62,530 nt of DNA from Candidatus Fermentibacterota bacterium (GTDB lineage Bacteria > Fermentibacterota > Fermentibacteria > Fermentibacterales > JCC-6). The DNA is taken from assembly GCA_029571005.1 (NCBI GenBank), contig JAKPTG010000115.1, positions 1-62,530 on the forward strand, in the 5' to 3' direction. This document shows, piece after piece, positions 1 to 10,184 of this stretch. The notes beneath the pieces were generated by a model, which was given only the letters and a program-made list of their open reading frames with translations, did not search any database and was not told the origin of the DNA. The position numbers were made by a program, and so were the translations under genes. Positions within the stretch are counted from its first letter, which is position 1. Each line of letters opens with the position of its first letter.

Positions 1-410
1 TCGTCCACCACCACCGGATCCACCATAAAGGCGTCGCAGCCGGCACTCTCCGCGAGCTTTGCGGCGATAGGCGCCCCCAGATTGGAGGCGTGCTCCCCGT
101 AGGCGCCCTCTGAAAGGTCCTTCAGAAGGCCGGTGGTCACCCTGTAGGTTCCCCCGCGGATCGGCTTGGACAGGCCGCCCCTGCCCACCACCGCCGCGAA
201 ACTGCGGATGGGGTAGCCCGCCCTCTCCAGAGCGCCGAGTACGGCCTTCTCCCGGAAGTCGTACTGTTCGAAGATACTCCTGTATGGAGCCAGCTCCCGG
301 GCGGAGTGGTCCAGCTTCAGATTCCAGACCTCTTTCTTCCCATCGAAGACTGAAATCTTCGTGGAGGTGGACCCTGGGTTCACGGCCAGTATTCTGGGTT
401 TTTCTTCCAT
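1..410 (-). CDS. buk: Butyrate kinase, N-terminal part (gene continues beyond the window edge)
   Basis: Edge-truncated, so absent from the ORF track. The reverse complement reads MEEKPRILAVNPGSTSTKISVFDG...VGRGGLSKPIRGGTYRV...GEHASNLGA, the acetate/butyrate kinase N-terminal pattern. ATG at 410-408. Confidence 0.8.
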   Translation of the reverse strand, partial: MEEKPRILAVNPGSTSTKISVFDGKKEVWNLKLDHSARELAPYRSIFEQYDFREKAVLGALERAGYPIRSFAAVVGRGGLSKPIRGGTYRVTTGLLKDLSEGAYGEHASNLGAPIAAKLAESAGCDAFMVDPVVVD

Positions 411-541
411 AATCTCCCCCCGGGAGTTGATGCTTCGGTGGCAGGAATCTATTCCAGCCCGGGAATCCGTGCAACCGAGCCCTGGTCCGGGAGAACCCGT
501 TTTTTAGTATTGTCGGGGAAGACCTGAATGCGCGGGGGGCG

Positions 542-901
542 ATGAACGCCGGAAGAACGGGTACAAGAGCCGACAGGGAGCTGGCTTTGCTGATCAAGGA
601 GCTGGAAAGGCTTGAGTGTGGCTTCCGGCTCGAGAAGGAGCGGGCCCTCACCGCGGGACTGAAGGAGATGAAATTCTTCCGGGAGAGGTGCCGCACCCAT
701 TACCTGATCCGCTTGTCGGAGGTTTCCGCGAGGACCGGGCAGATTCTGCACTCCGCCGCCGGGGCGGGAACCCTGACGGATGAGACGAAGGCGCTGGCGA
801 AGAGGATTGAAGCGACCGTATCGAATGCCTCGGCCCGGTACTCCGGAACCCCGAACCGGCTTGTCAGAAACATGAAGAGCGTCGAAAAGGAGGAAGAATG
901 A
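542..901 (+). CDS. Hypothetical protein (119 aa, helical/coiled-coil-like)
   Basis: ORF track 542..901. Codon usage matches neighbouring genes (CTG/AAG/GAG-rich), unlike the R/G/P-rich antisense ORFs. Its stop overlaps the aspS start (ATGA), and its 3' end supplies AAGGAGGAAGA as the aspS RBS. Confidence 0.5.
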   Translation: MNAGRTGTRADRELALLIKELERLECGFRLEKERALTAGLKEMKFFRERCRTHYLIRLSEVSARTGQILHSAAGAGTLTDETKALAKRIEATVSNASARYSGTPNRLVRNMKSVEKEEE

Positions 902-2241
902 CAACGGTTCCCGCCGGAGAGGCCACGCATCCCCTGACCGGTTCGGAGCTTTCCGCCATGACGGGAAGCCATGTCACCTTGCACGGAATGGTGATGCGGA
1001 TCCGCAGGCTCTCCTGGGGCGGATTCGTGATCCTCAGACGGCACGACGGACTGGTGCAGTGCATCGTTTCCGGAGAGAACGCCCAGGGCACGCTCCGCAA
1101 CCTGGAGGAGGAGCAGTCGGTTTCCGTAACCGGCCTTGTGAAGGAGGCCTCCATCAAGGACCCCGCCATCAATCCCGGCAACGTCGAGGTCCATGTGGAG
1201 CGAATAGAGGTTATCTCATCCCCCGGCGGGAAGTCGCCGGTGGACCTGTCCAAGAAGGTTCTGGAGCTGCACATAGATAACAATCTGGACCTGCGGCCCC
1301 TCAGTCTCCGACACCCGGTGGAGAGGGCCAGGCTCAAGGTGGCGGAGGGGCTCTGCCGGGGGTTCAGGGAGTATCTGCAGCAAAAGGGTTTCACTGAAAT
1401 CCACACCCCCAAGATATGCCTGGCCGGTGCGGAGGGAGGGGCCGACATCTTTCCGGTGACCTACTTCGACAGGACCGCCTTCCTGGCCCAGTCCCCCCAG
1501 TTCTACAAGCAGATAGGGGTGGGGATCTACGAGCGGGTCTTCGAGACGGGGCCCGTCTTCCGGGCCGAGCCCCACCAGACCAGCCGGCACGTGAACGAAT
1601 ACACCTCCCTCGATCTGGAGATGGGTTTCATAACGGATCACACCGACGTGATGAAGCTGGAGGTGGAACTGCTGGGGCACTGCATGGACCTGCTTCGACG
1701 GGAATACCGTCCGGTGCTGGAACTGCTGGGGGCGGAGTTGCCCGGGATCCCGGCGGAGGTTCCCAGCGTGACGCTGGAGGAAGCCCACCGGATAGCCGGG
1801 GCCATGGACGGCCGGGACTACTCGTCGGAGCCCGATCTGGACCCCGAGGAGGAGAGGCTTCTATGCCGCCACTCGAGTCGTGAGTGGGGAAGCGAGTTTG
1901 TGTTCGTCACCCATTTTCCCACGAAGAAGCGGCCGTTCTACACCATGGACGATCCGGAGGCGCCGGGAACCACCAGGAGTTTCGATCTGCTCTTCCGGGG
2001 GCTGGAAATCACGACCGGGGGGCAGAGGATACACGACTATGCGATGCAGGTGGAAAAGATGAGGGCCTTCGGCCTGAATCCCGACGACTTCGCCGGGTAC
2101 CTGCAGGCTCACCTGTATGGCCTGCCGCCGCACGGAGGGCTGGCCATCGGCCTCGAAAGGTTTACGGCGAGGCTCCTGGGGGTGGAGAACATCCGTTACA
2201 CCACCATGTTTCCCAGGGACGTGAAGCGCCTCACCCCCTGA
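898..2241 (+). CDS. aspS: Aspartate--tRNA ligase, archaeal/type-2 form
   Basis: 447 aa with an OB-fold N-terminus, class II motifs GPVFRAEPHQTSRH and GGLAIGLERF, and a C-terminal FPRD. Confidence 0.92.
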   Translation: MTTVPAGEATHPLTGSELSAMTGSHVTLHGMVMRIRRLSWGGFVILRRHDGLVQCIVSGENAQGTLRNLEEEQSVSVTGLVKEASIKDPAINPGNVEVHVERIEVISSPGGKSPVDLSKKVLELHIDNNLDLRPLSLRHPVERARLKVAEGLCRGFREYLQQKGFTEIHTPKICLAGAEGGADIFPVTYFDRTAFLAQSPQFYKQIGVGIYERVFETGPVFRAEPHQTSRHVNEYTSLDLEMGFITDHTDVMKLEVELLGHCMDLLRREYRPVLELLGAELPGIPAEVPSVTLEEAHRIAGAMDGRDYSSEPDLDPEEERLLCRHSSREWGSEFVFVTHFPTKKRPFYTMDDPEAPGTTRSFDLLFRGLEITTGGQRIHDYAMQVEKMRAFGLNPDDFAGYLQAHLYGLPPHGGLAIGLERFTARLLGVENIRYTTMFPRDVKRLTP

Positions 2242-2345
2242 GCGGAATCGCCGCCGTCTGAACGGCCTCACCCCCGAAGCGGCTGAAGCGAGCGTTTTAC
2301 CTCGACCGCAAGGGGGCCGGGCTGGTGCGGCAGGCGGCTTCAGGG

Positions 2346-3119
2346 TCAATCCCTGGCCAGGTCGTCCCTCAGAACCTTCAGTTCCCTGTCCTTCAATCCC
2401 TGAAAACGTCCGAAGGCGTTCATCTCCATCAGGAGCAGCGACGCGGCTTTCTCCGCGAGTTCCACGTAGTCGCAGGCGGTATCGGGGTCCGGGCCGAAGG
2501 ACAGGATGCCGTGTTTTCTCCAGATTACCACGTCGGAGCGGGTGAACAGTTCCGCGGTGTTTTCACCCAGCTCCCAGGTGCCCGGAGGCTGGAAGTCCAG
2601 GAAGTGCAGGCCGTTCTCCAGGAGCTGCGAGAGTTCGGGATGGGCCCTCCACATGGCGTCTTCCAGGGTTTCCCCCGGCAGGTCGCTGGAGGAGAGGGCC
2701 AGCATGGAGGTGGAATGGGTATGTACGATGGAGGCCGACGGCCAACCCCTTCCTTCCGCCAGGGCCAGCACCTGCAGGTGGGTGGAGAGTTCGCTGGAGG
2801 GTTTGTCCGAGCCCTCAGGCCAGAGGACCGAATTCCCGAACCTGGAAACGGTCACCGGGATTATGGCGGTTTCCCGGTCAATCATCATCCTTCTGAACCG
2901 GCTTCCACCGGTTGTTATCAGTATCGTTCTCCCCGCCAGGGGACGGATCGGTTCCGGCAGCGGCATGGAAGCCTGCTGGTGTTCTTCGTGGGTGTACTCG
3001 CCCCGGGGCAGGAGAAGGGAGATGTTCCCCGCGCTGCCCTCGCACCAGCCCATGTTAGCCAGGTGGTCGGCCACCCTGGCTATATCGAGCCTGTATCCGG
3101 AGAAGAGCATCCGGCTCAT
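2346..3119 (-). CDS. Class II aldolase/adducin-family protein (rhamnulose-1-phosphate aldolase-like)
   Basis: GWCEGSAGNISLLL, IVHTHSTSMLALS and VIWRKHGILSFG are typical of class II aldolases. ATG at 3119 chosen; a TTG at 3152 would overlap the lat stop. Confidence 0.78.
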   Translation of the reverse strand: MSRMLFSGYRLDIARVADHLANMGWCEGSAGNISLLLPRGEYTHEEHQQASMPLPEPIRPLAGRTILITTGGSRFRRMMIDRETAIIPVTVSRFGNSVLWPEGSDKPSSELSTHLQVLALAEGRGWPSASIVHTHSTSMLALSSSDLPGETLEDAMWRAHPELSQLLENGLHFLDFQPPGTWELGENTAELFTRSDVVIWRKHGILSFGPDPDTACDYVELAEKAASLLLMEMNAFGRFQGLKDRELKVLRDDLARD

Positions 3120-3144
3120 GCCGCCGCCAGAATCCTTCCGCTGG

Positions 3145-4470
3145 TCAGGCAAAGAGTTCCTTCGCGGAGGTTTCGATGATCTCCAGGGCCCGGTCCGTCT
3201 CGGCGTCGGTGATGTTCAGGGGCGGTCTGAGCCGGATGGACCTGACGCCGCAGGGCAGGATGATGGCGCCGTTCTCGAAGACCCGCTTCACCAGGGCGTC
3301 CCTTTGGGCACCGTCCTCGAGGTCGAAGGCGCACATGAGGCCCGCGCCCCTGGCTCCGGAGAGCCGGCCCGGGAACCTTTCCTGCAGCCTTTCGAGCCCC
3401 TTCAGAACCTTATCCCCCTGGGCCCGCACATTCTGCAGAATGTTTTCCTTCAGCATTATCTCGATGTATCCGGTGCACCTCACCATGTCCACCAGGTTGC
3501 CGCCCCAGGTGGAGTTGATACGGCTGGATTCCTGGAACACGTTGTTGGGGACCTCGTCCACCCTTTCGCTGCACGCGATTCCGCAGACCTGGGTCTTCTT
3601 TCCGAAACAGAAGATGTCCGGGGCGACTCCTATCCCCTGCCAGGCCCACCAGTTGCCCGTGAGGCCCATGCCGGTCTGAACCTCGTCGAAGATCAGCATG
3701 AAGTCGTGCCTGTCGGCCCGCTCCCGGAGCGCCTGGAAGAACTCCCGGCGGAAGTGGTTGTCTCCCCCCTCCCCCTGTATCGGCTCGATTATCAGGCATG
3801 CCAGGTCGTGGCCGTGCCTCTCCACCGCCCGGTCTATCTGGGCCAGGGCCTTGGCCTCGGCGGCCTTCACCGCGTCGAGGTTCTTCTCGAGGGGGAACAC
3901 TATGGCGGGCTCGTCAATCCGGGGCCAGTCGGGGAATTTCGGGAAGTACATGTACTTCCTGGGGTCGGCGGTGTTGGTGAGGCTGAGGGTGTACCCCGAC
4001 CTGCCGTGGAAGGCGTTTCTGAAATGGATCACCTTGGTGCCCAGTTCGCCCCTGCCGGCGGCGATGTTCTTTCTGATCTTCCAGTCGAAGGCGGTCTTCA
4101 GGGCGTTTTCCACCGCCAGTGCGCCTCCCGATACGAAGAAGAGGTGGGGATGGCTCGGCGGGATGAGCGCCTCGGCGAAGGTTTTGATGAAGACGGCCAT
4201 CTCCTCGGTGTAGAAATCACTGTTGCTGGGTTTGTTCACGGCGGTTTCCCCAAGGTGCTTCAGCCATTCCGGGGACGTGAGGCCCGGGGGGTTCATACCG
4301 AGGGGCGCACTGGCGAAGAAACTGAAGAGGTCCAGGTAGTCCTTTCCGGTCGCCGCGTCGTGGATGATTCTCCCCCGGCTCTTCCTCAGATCGAGGACAA
4401 TGTCGTATCCGTCGGCGAGTATGTGCCGTCCTATGGTTGCCTTGACCATGTTGGCGGGAATGTGCTTCAT
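3145..4470 (-). CDS. lat: L-lysine 6-transaminase (class III PLP aminotransferase)
   Basis: 441 aa with FRNAFHGRSGYTLSLT, IIEPIQGEGGDNH, IFDEVQTGMG and the FGKKTQVCG PLP-lysine region. RBS GGAAGGA lies 7 nt upstream of the ATG. Confidence 0.82.
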   Translation of the reverse strand: MKHIPANMVKATIGRHILADGYDIVLDLRKSRGRIIHDAATGKDYLDLFSFFASAPLGMNPPGLTSPEWLKHLGETAVNKPSNSDFYTEEMAVFIKTFAEALIPPSHPHLFFVSGGALAVENALKTAFDWKIRKNIAAGRGELGTKVIHFRNAFHGRSGYTLSLTNTADPRKYMYFPKFPDWPRIDEPAIVFPLEKNLDAVKAAEAKALAQIDRAVERHGHDLACLIIEPIQGEGGDNHFRREFFQALRERADRHDFMLIFDEVQTGMGLTGNWWAWQGIGVAPDIFCFGKKTQVCGIACSERVDEVPNNVFQESSRINSTWGGNLVDMVRCTGYIEIMLKENILQNVRAQGDKVLKGLERLQERFPGRLSGARGAGLMCAFDLEDGAQRDALVKRVFENGAIILPCGVRSIRLRPPLNITDAETDRALEIIETSAKELFA

Positions 4471-4714
4471 GGTGGAATCCTTCCGGTGCTTCGGGACCCC
4501 GCCGCTGCTGACTACGGGTCCTGAAATGGGTGTATCGAGCTAATGCAGAACGATTTCACGATCCGTAAATCTCGCCCCGGCGCCGTCGCTTGTCAACACG
4601 CACCGGCTTTTCGCCGCACGGTGCCGTTTCTTTTCCCTTCGCCGGGGTATATTTCATACTGCTGTGTTTTTCCTTCAGGGGGACATCCCCGCAATCACGG
4701 GAGAAGAACGACTT

Positions 4715-5635
4715 ATGGAACCCATCAGAACCCTTTCGCAGTTGAAGCAGTTGGCCAGGGACATCCCGTCGGAAACGGTCTCCGTGGTCCGGGCGGACGA
4801 AGTCGAGACCCTCACGGCGGTAAAGCAGGCGGTGGAGGGCGGCATGATGGACTGCGTCCTGGTCGGCCCGGAACCGGGGATCAGGGCGGCGGCGGAGGAA
4901 GTCGGCTTCGATCTCAACGGGATCAGGGTGGTGGATGCGGCGAACGACCAAGACAGCGCCTTCCGGGGGGTGGACCTGGTCAGGAGGGGTGAAGCGGGGG
5001 TCCTCATGAAGGGGCTGGTGGCCACCAGCACTTTTCTGAAGGCCGTCCTGGACAAGGAGCACGGTATCCGGGGCGGTGGGCTCCTGAGCCACGTGGCCGC
5101 CTTCGAGGTGCCGGGCTACCACAAGCTCCTGATCGTTACGGATGCGGCCATGAACATCGCCCCGGATTTCGACCAGAAGAAGGAGATTCTCAAAAACGCC
5201 ATCGTGGTGGCCCGCTCTCTGGGGATCGAGCCTCCCAAGTGCACCTACGTCTGCGCCAAGGAACTGCCCTACGACAAGATGCCGTGCACCCTGGAAGCCG
5301 CCCGGTTCCAGGAGCTGGCCATGGCCGGCGAGTTCGGCGACATTCTGTTCCAGGGTCCCCTCGCCATGGATCTGGCGGTTTCCAGGGAGGCCGTGCGGAT
5401 CAAGAAGGTGAGCGGCCCCGTGGCCGGCGATGCGGACCTGGTACTGTTGCCGGACATAGAAGCGGGCAATGTCCTCTACAAGACCCTCATCTTCCTTGCC
5501 GGAGGGGAGCTGGGGGCGGTGATAATGGGGGCCAGAAACCCGGTGGTGCTCACGAGTCGTGCGGACAGCGCCGAGAGCAAGCTCTGCAGTCTGGTGCTGT
5601 CGGGGGTGGTGGCCTCATACACCGGGAGAGCCTGA
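4715..5635 (+). CDS. ptb: Phosphate butyryltransferase / phosphate acyltransferase
   Basis: Internal ATG (MEPIRTL...) preceded by GGGAGAAGA. VLMKGLVATSTFLKAVL...LLSHV...VTDAAMNIAPD...PDIEAGNVLYK match the PTA/PTB family. Confidence 0.82.
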   Translation: MEPIRTLSQLKQLARDIPSETVSVVRADEVETLTAVKQAVEGGMMDCVLVGPEPGIRAAAEEVGFDLNGIRVVDAANDQDSAFRGVDLVRRGEAGVLMKGLVATSTFLKAVLDKEHGIRGGGLLSHVAAFEVPGYHKLLIVTDAAMNIAPDFDQKKEILKNAIVVARSLGIEPPKCTYVCAKELPYDKMPCTLEAARFQELAMAGEFGDILFQGPLAMDLAVSREAVRIKKVSGPVAGDADLVLLPDIEAGNVLYKTLIFLAGGELGAVIMGARNPVVLTSRADSAESKLCSLVLSGVVASYTGRA

Positions 5636-5636
5636 G

Positions 5637-6080
5637 TTGAGGCTGGCGGCGGCTTCCGACCACGCCGGATACCCACTGAAGGCGTACCTGGTGGAGAGGC
5701 TCTCCGAATCCCACCAGGTGATTGACCTCGGAACCGGAAACGCCGACTCCTCGGTGCACTACCCGGTTTACGCCCACAGGCTCTGCCGGGAGGTGCTTTC
5801 CGGTTCCTGTGAACTGGGGATACTGGTGTGCAATTCCGGCATCGGCATGAGCATCGCCGCCAACAGACATCCGGGAATCAGGGCGGCCCTGTGCATGAAT
5901 GCCACCATGGCGTCCTTCGCCCGAAGGCATAACGACGCCAACGTCCTGGTGCTGGCCGGGGGCTTCACCGCCCCCTTCCACGCCTGGGAAATCCTGTGCG
6001 CCTTCCTGGCCGGCGGTTTCGAGGGGGGGCGGCACGGCCTGCGGTTGGCCATGCTGGATCCGGAGAACTGCGTTGATTGA
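5637..6080 (+). CDS. rpiB: Ribose-5-phosphate isomerase B
   Basis: TTG start 1 nt after the ptb stop. LAAASDHAGYPLK...GILVCNSGIGMSIAANR...NDANVLVLAG is the LacA/RpiB signature. Confidence 0.85.
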   Translation: MRLAAASDHAGYPLKAYLVERLSESHQVIDLGTGNADSSVHYPVYAHRLCREVLSGSCELGILVCNSGIGMSIAANRHPGIRAALCMNATMASFARRHNDANVLVLAGGFTAPFHAWEILCAFLAGGFEGGRHGLRLAMLDPENCVD

Positions 6081-7134
6081 CCTGGTGTGCGGCGCCAGGC
6101 CGAACTTCATGAAAATTGACCCCCTGGTGAGGGCGGCGGGGTTCCCCTTCAGGATCGTCCATACCGGGCAGCATTACGATCACTCCATGTCCGGCAGCTT
6201 CTTCGACCAGTTGGGCCTGCCCCGTCCGGACGTTTTCCTGGGCTGCGGGGGCGGATCCGTCACCCTTCAGACGGCCCGGATCATGGAAGCCTACGAACCC
6301 GTGCTGATCCGGGGGGCTCCGGAAGCGGTGGTGGTGGTGGGCGACGTCAACTCAACCCTGGCCTGCTCTCTCACGGCGGCGAGGCACGGGGTGCCGGTGA
6401 TCCACCTGGAGGCGGGCCTCAGGAGCTTCGACAGAACCATGCCCGAGGAAGTGAATCGGGTTCTCACCGACCAACTGTCGGACCTTCTGCTGATCACCAG
6501 CCCCGAGGCCCGGGACAACCTGCTGGCGGAGGGGCTCCCGGCGGATGCCGTGGTCATGACTGGAAACACGATGATAGACACCTTGCTCAGGCTTCTTCCC
6601 GAAACCGACGGTATCGAGGTTCCGGAGAAGCCCTACGGGTTGGTCACCCTCCACCGGCCCGGCAATGTGGATCACGGGGAAAGGCTGTCGGAGATCCTGT
6701 CGGCCCTGGGGCGGCTGGATATGCCCCTGGTATTTCCCGCCCATCCCAGGACCCTTCGCAGCATCTCCGAGTGCGGTCTCGCCGGAGCCGTTCCGGAGAA
6801 CCTGAGGATGCTCGCCCCCTTTTCCTACCTGGAGTTCGTCGCCCACGAGCGAAGCGCCTCGGTGGTGATAACCGATTCGGGAGGGGTTCAGGAGGAGACC
6901 AGTGTGCTGGGGGTTCCCTGCGTCACCGTCAGGCCCAACACGGAAAGGCCGATCACGTGTCTGCTGGGCACCAACGTGCTTTGTCCGGATCCCCGGGGGA
7001 TACCGGATGCGGTGGAGGAGAGGCTTTCCCGGGCCCGGGTCGGCCCCGTGGAAATCCCCTTCTGGGACGGAAAGGCCGGTGTCCGGGCGGTGGAGGCGGT
7101 CAGCGAGTTCATGCGACGAGGAGGCAAGCGATGA
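6073..7134 (+). CDS. wecB: UDP-N-acetylglucosamine 2-epimerase (non-hydrolysing)
   Basis: VHTGQHYD, GDVNSTLA, HLEAGLRSFD and TDSGGVQEE motifs. TTG at 6073 overlaps the rpiB stop; GTG at 6085 is an alternative start. Confidence 0.88.
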   Translation: MIDLVCGARPNFMKIDPLVRAAGFPFRIVHTGQHYDHSMSGSFFDQLGLPRPDVFLGCGGGSVTLQTARIMEAYEPVLIRGAPEAVVVVGDVNSTLACSLTAARHGVPVIHLEAGLRSFDRTMPEEVNRVLTDQLSDLLLITSPEARDNLLAEGLPADAVVMTGNTMIDTLLRLLPETDGIEVPEKPYGLVTLHRPGNVDHGERLSEILSALGRLDMPLVFPAHPRTLRSISECGLAGAVPENLRMLAPFSYLEFVAHERSASVVITDSGGVQEETSVLGVPCVTVRPNTERPITCLLGTNVLCPDPRGIPDAVEERLSRARVGPVEIPFWDGKAGVRAVEAVSEFMRRGGKR

Positions 7135-8543
7135 GATTGCTCAAACTGATGCCCGTGGTCTTCATGGCCCTGGGCTGTGAGGCTCCGCAGCCCAGGGCAA
7201 GCCGGGCGTCCGCGGACCTTCAGAGGTTCACCGTCGGCCTTCAGGGGCAGAACGTCGGGTACATGACCATGACCGTGACGGAACAGGGGCCGGACTCCCT
7301 GCTGGTGACCCAGGACATGATGTGGGTGATCAACCTGCTGGGAACCGAAAGGAGGGTCACCATGAACTCCTCCGCCCGCACCGGGAGGGACCTGGACCTG
7401 GGGGCCGTGACCATGGAGATGAGCGACGGCACGAGCGACATCAGGGTGTCCGCAGTCCGCCGGGGAGGGGTCATCGAGACGGAGATAGAGACCTCCGGCA
7501 GGAGGATCACCCGTTCCGTGGAGTCCGGGGACGGCTACCTGCCCGCATTCATGGACCTGGCCGCCGCCGGGATGCAGTGGGCTCCCGGGGACGAACGGGT
7601 TTACGACACCTTCGACCCCACCACCGGGAGCATCATCCCCGCCACGGTGACATGCCTCGGAATCGAGGAGGCGGACCTTCTGGGGGATGTCGTCCGGGCG
7701 GCCAAACTCCGGGTGAACACCGCCGGAATGAGCAACCTGGTCTGGGTCTGGGAGGGGCAGGTGGTCCGGGAGGAGGAACCCGGCCTGGGGCTGACGCTGA
7801 CCCGGGTCACCCCCGACACCGATGGAAGCATCGTTCCTGCGGGAGACCTCTACCTTGCCTATTCCGTACCGTCGCCGGTGATCGAGAATCCCCGTTCCCA
7901 GGGGGAGAGAACCTGGTCGCTGGAGGGCGACATAGACTGGTCCATATTCACCCTGGACTATCCGGGGCTTCAGTCATCCCGTCCCGGCCCTCTTGTGACG
8001 GTGTGCGCCCGGCTTCCGCAGGAATCCATGATTCCCCCGTTTCCCATGCCGGAGGTCTCCGGGGACCTGGAGGAGCACCTGATGCCGGAACCCCTGATCC
8101 AGTGCGACGATCCGGCGATAAAAGCCCTGGCGGACAGTCTTACCGCGGGGGCCGCCGACGCCTGGGCGGCGGCTTCGGCCATATGCCGGTACGTTGACCT
8201 TGCGGTGGAGGACGTGCCCACGGTTTCCCTGCCCTCGGCGGTGGACGTGCTGGACGCCATGCGTGGCGACTGCAACGAACACACCGCGCTGTTCGTGGCC
8301 CTGGCCCGGGCGGCGGGGATACCGTCCGCGGTCTGCAACGGCATAGTTTACATCGACCACGGCAGGTTCGGCTACCACGCCTGGCCCGCGGTGTGGGTGG
8401 GCGACTGGGTCGCCATGGACCCCACCTTCGGGATGCCGGTGGCGGACGCCACCCACATCATCCTGGCCATGGGGAGTCTGGAGGATCAGTACGCCATCAA
8501 CGCCGTTATCGGCAGGCTCAGCGTCCGGGAGGTCCGGGATTGA
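7131..8543 (+). CDS. Transglutaminase-like cysteine protease-fold lipoprotein
   Basis: ATGA overlap with wecB. Signal/lipobox-like MRLLKLMPVVFMALGC. The C-terminus has GDCNEHTALF...YHAWPAVWV...MDPT (Cys-His-Asp transglutaminase core). Confidence 0.8.
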   Translation: MRLLKLMPVVFMALGCEAPQPRASRASADLQRFTVGLQGQNVGYMTMTVTEQGPDSLLVTQDMMWVINLLGTERRVTMNSSARTGRDLDLGAVTMEMSDGTSDIRVSAVRRGGVIETEIETSGRRITRSVESGDGYLPAFMDLAAAGMQWAPGDERVYDTFDPTTGSIIPATVTCLGIEEADLLGDVVRAAKLRVNTAGMSNLVWVWEGQVVREEEPGLGLTLTRVTPDTDGSIVPAGDLYLAYSVPSPVIENPRSQGERTWSLEGDIDWSIFTLDYPGLQSSRPGPLVTVCARLPQESMIPPFPMPEVSGDLEEHLMPEPLIQCDDPAIKALADSLTAGAADAWAAASAICRYVDLAVEDVPTVSLPSAVDVLDAMRGDCNEHTALFVALARAAGIPSAVCNGIVYIDHGRFGYHAWPAVWVGDWVAMDPTFGMPVADATHIILAMGSLEDQYAINAVIGRLSVREVRD

Positions 8544-8569
8544 CCGTGACTCCCGGCGAGACCGTAGCG

Positions 8570-9601
8570 ATGGACAGGGCCCTGGCCCTGGCCCGGGGCG
8601 GCTGGCCGGGAGTGTTTCCCAACCCCATGGTGGGGGCCGTGGTGCTGAACGGAGAGGGCGCGGTTATCGGCGAGGCCTGCCATGAATGCTGCGGCGCCCC
8701 CCATGCCGAGGTCATGGCCATGGATCGCGCCGGGAAAGTTCCGGCGGGGGCCACCCTGGTGGTGACCCTGGAGCCTTGCGTACACCAGGGCAGGACTCCG
8801 CCCTGCGTTGACCGGATCGTCTCGTCGGGCATCCGGAGGGTGGTGGCGGCCATGGCCGACCCGGACCCCAGGGTCAGCGGCCGGGGGTTCGATTACCTCC
8901 GGGACAGGGGGATAGAGGTGGTCGCCGGTGTGAGGGAGAAGGAGGCCCTGGAACTCAACAGGGTATGGATACACTGCCTGAAGCGCCGCAGGAGCTTTCT
9001 CCACCTCAAGATGGCCGTCTCCCTGGACGGCCGGGCGGCGGCCCCCGACGGCGGCGGCCGCTGGATAACCGGTCCGGAGTCTCGGAAGAGGGTGCGGGAA
9101 ATGCGGGAGCAATCCCACGCGGTCATGGTGGGTTCGGGCACCGCGCTGATGGACGACCCGTCCCTTGCCCACGACGGCCCCGGTTCCCGGCCCGTCCGCA
9201 TCGTTGTTGCCGGAAGTCCCCTTCCCGCCCGGCTGAAGCTCTACTCCGACGGGGAAAGGACCGTCACCGCCGTACCTGCTGGGTCCCGCTGGAACCCTCC
9301 GGGGGAGACCGTAGTCTTCAGCGGCCTGGCGGACCTTCTGGCCCGGACCCTCTCCATGGGGCTGGGGCTGGTGCTCTGCGAGGGGGGCCCCAGGCTGGCC
9401 ACCGCCCTGATAAACGAGGCCCTGGTTGACCGGATAAGCGTCTTCACCGCGCCCAAACTCCTGGGCGGCGGCGGGGTACCCGTGTTCCACGACCTCCGGA
9501 CAGTCGGCATGGACAGCGCCCTGTCGCTGGAAGACATGGTTTTCGAGAGGCTCGGGGTGGATACCCTGGTGGAGGGCAGGCTTGTTTACCGGCCTGATTG
9601 A
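8570..9601 (+). CDS. ribD: Bifunctional riboflavin deaminase/reductase
   Basis: HAEVMA...TLEPCVHQGRTPPC zinc deaminase motif plus a reductase C-terminus. ATG at 8570; in-frame TTG at 8540 and GTG at 8546 are alternative starts. Confidence 0.9.
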   Translation: MDRALALARGGWPGVFPNPMVGAVVLNGEGAVIGEACHECCGAPHAEVMAMDRAGKVPAGATLVVTLEPCVHQGRTPPCVDRIVSSGIRRVVAAMADPDPRVSGRGFDYLRDRGIEVVAGVREKEALELNRVWIHCLKRRRSFLHLKMAVSLDGRAAAPDGGGRWITGPESRKRVREMREQSHAVMVGSGTALMDDPSLAHDGPGSRPVRIVVAGSPLPARLKLYSDGERTVTAVPAGSRWNPPGETVVFSGLADLLARTLSMGLGLVLCEGGPRLATALINEALVDRISVFTAPKLLGGGGVPVFHDLRTVGMDSALSLEDMVFERLGVDTLVEGRLVYRPD

Positions 9602-10184
9602 GGGGATGGGGAGGGTGGCGGCCGCCGGGGAAAACCTGTCCCTGGAAACGGACCTCTCTTCTGAACTCCGCCCCGGGGACAGTCTGGCGGTGGACGGTTC
9701 GTGTCTCACCGTGGAGCGGCTTTCCGGGTCAACGGCGGTATTCCGGGTGAGCCCCGAGACGATGCGCAGGACGGTTCCCCTGGGGCCCGGCGCCCGGGTG
9801 AACCTGGAACGCCCCCTCTCGCTCTCCGCAAGGCTGCACGGGCACCTGGTGACCGGCCACGTTGACTGTACGGGCACCGTGGTTTCGGTGAGACGCCTGG
9901 GGGAGTTCCGCCGGGTGGAGATCACCTGCCCCTCCCGGTGGCGCGGGCTGCTGGTGGAAAAAGGTTCGGCTGCGGTGAACGGCATCAGTCTGACGGTGGC
10001 GGACCTGCTCCCCGGGGCCGGTTTTTCCGTGGCGGTGATACCGGAGACCCTGGAAAGGACCAACGCCGGCCTCTGGAAGCCGGGCCATCGGGTGAACATA
10101 GAGTTCGACATCGTGGGCAAGTACCTGCGACGCTTCATGGAAACCGGCTCAAACGGATTGAGGGACAAGCTTGAGCAGCTCTGA
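9582..10184 (+). CDS. ribE: Riboflavin synthase alpha chain
   Basis: A TTG start gives the canonical MFTGLIEG N-terminus, followed by two lumazine-binding repeats. Overlaps ribD by 20 nt. Confidence 0.9.
   Translation: MFTGLIEGMGRVAAAGENLSLETDLSSELRPGDSLAVDGSCLTVERLSGSTAVFRVSPETMRRTVPLGPGARVNLERPLSLSARLHGHLVTGHVDCTGTVVSVRRLGEFRRVEITCPSRWRGLLVEKGSAAVNGISLTVADLLPGAGFSVAVIPETLERTNAGLWKPGHRVNIEFDIVGKYLRRFMETGSNGLRDKLEQL

Noticed and set aside
8540-8570. An FMN riboswitch ahead of ribD.
   Set aside because: There is no intergenic space (0-26 nt), and no FMN-element-like conserved sequence is visible upstream, inside the transglutaminase-like gene's 3' end.
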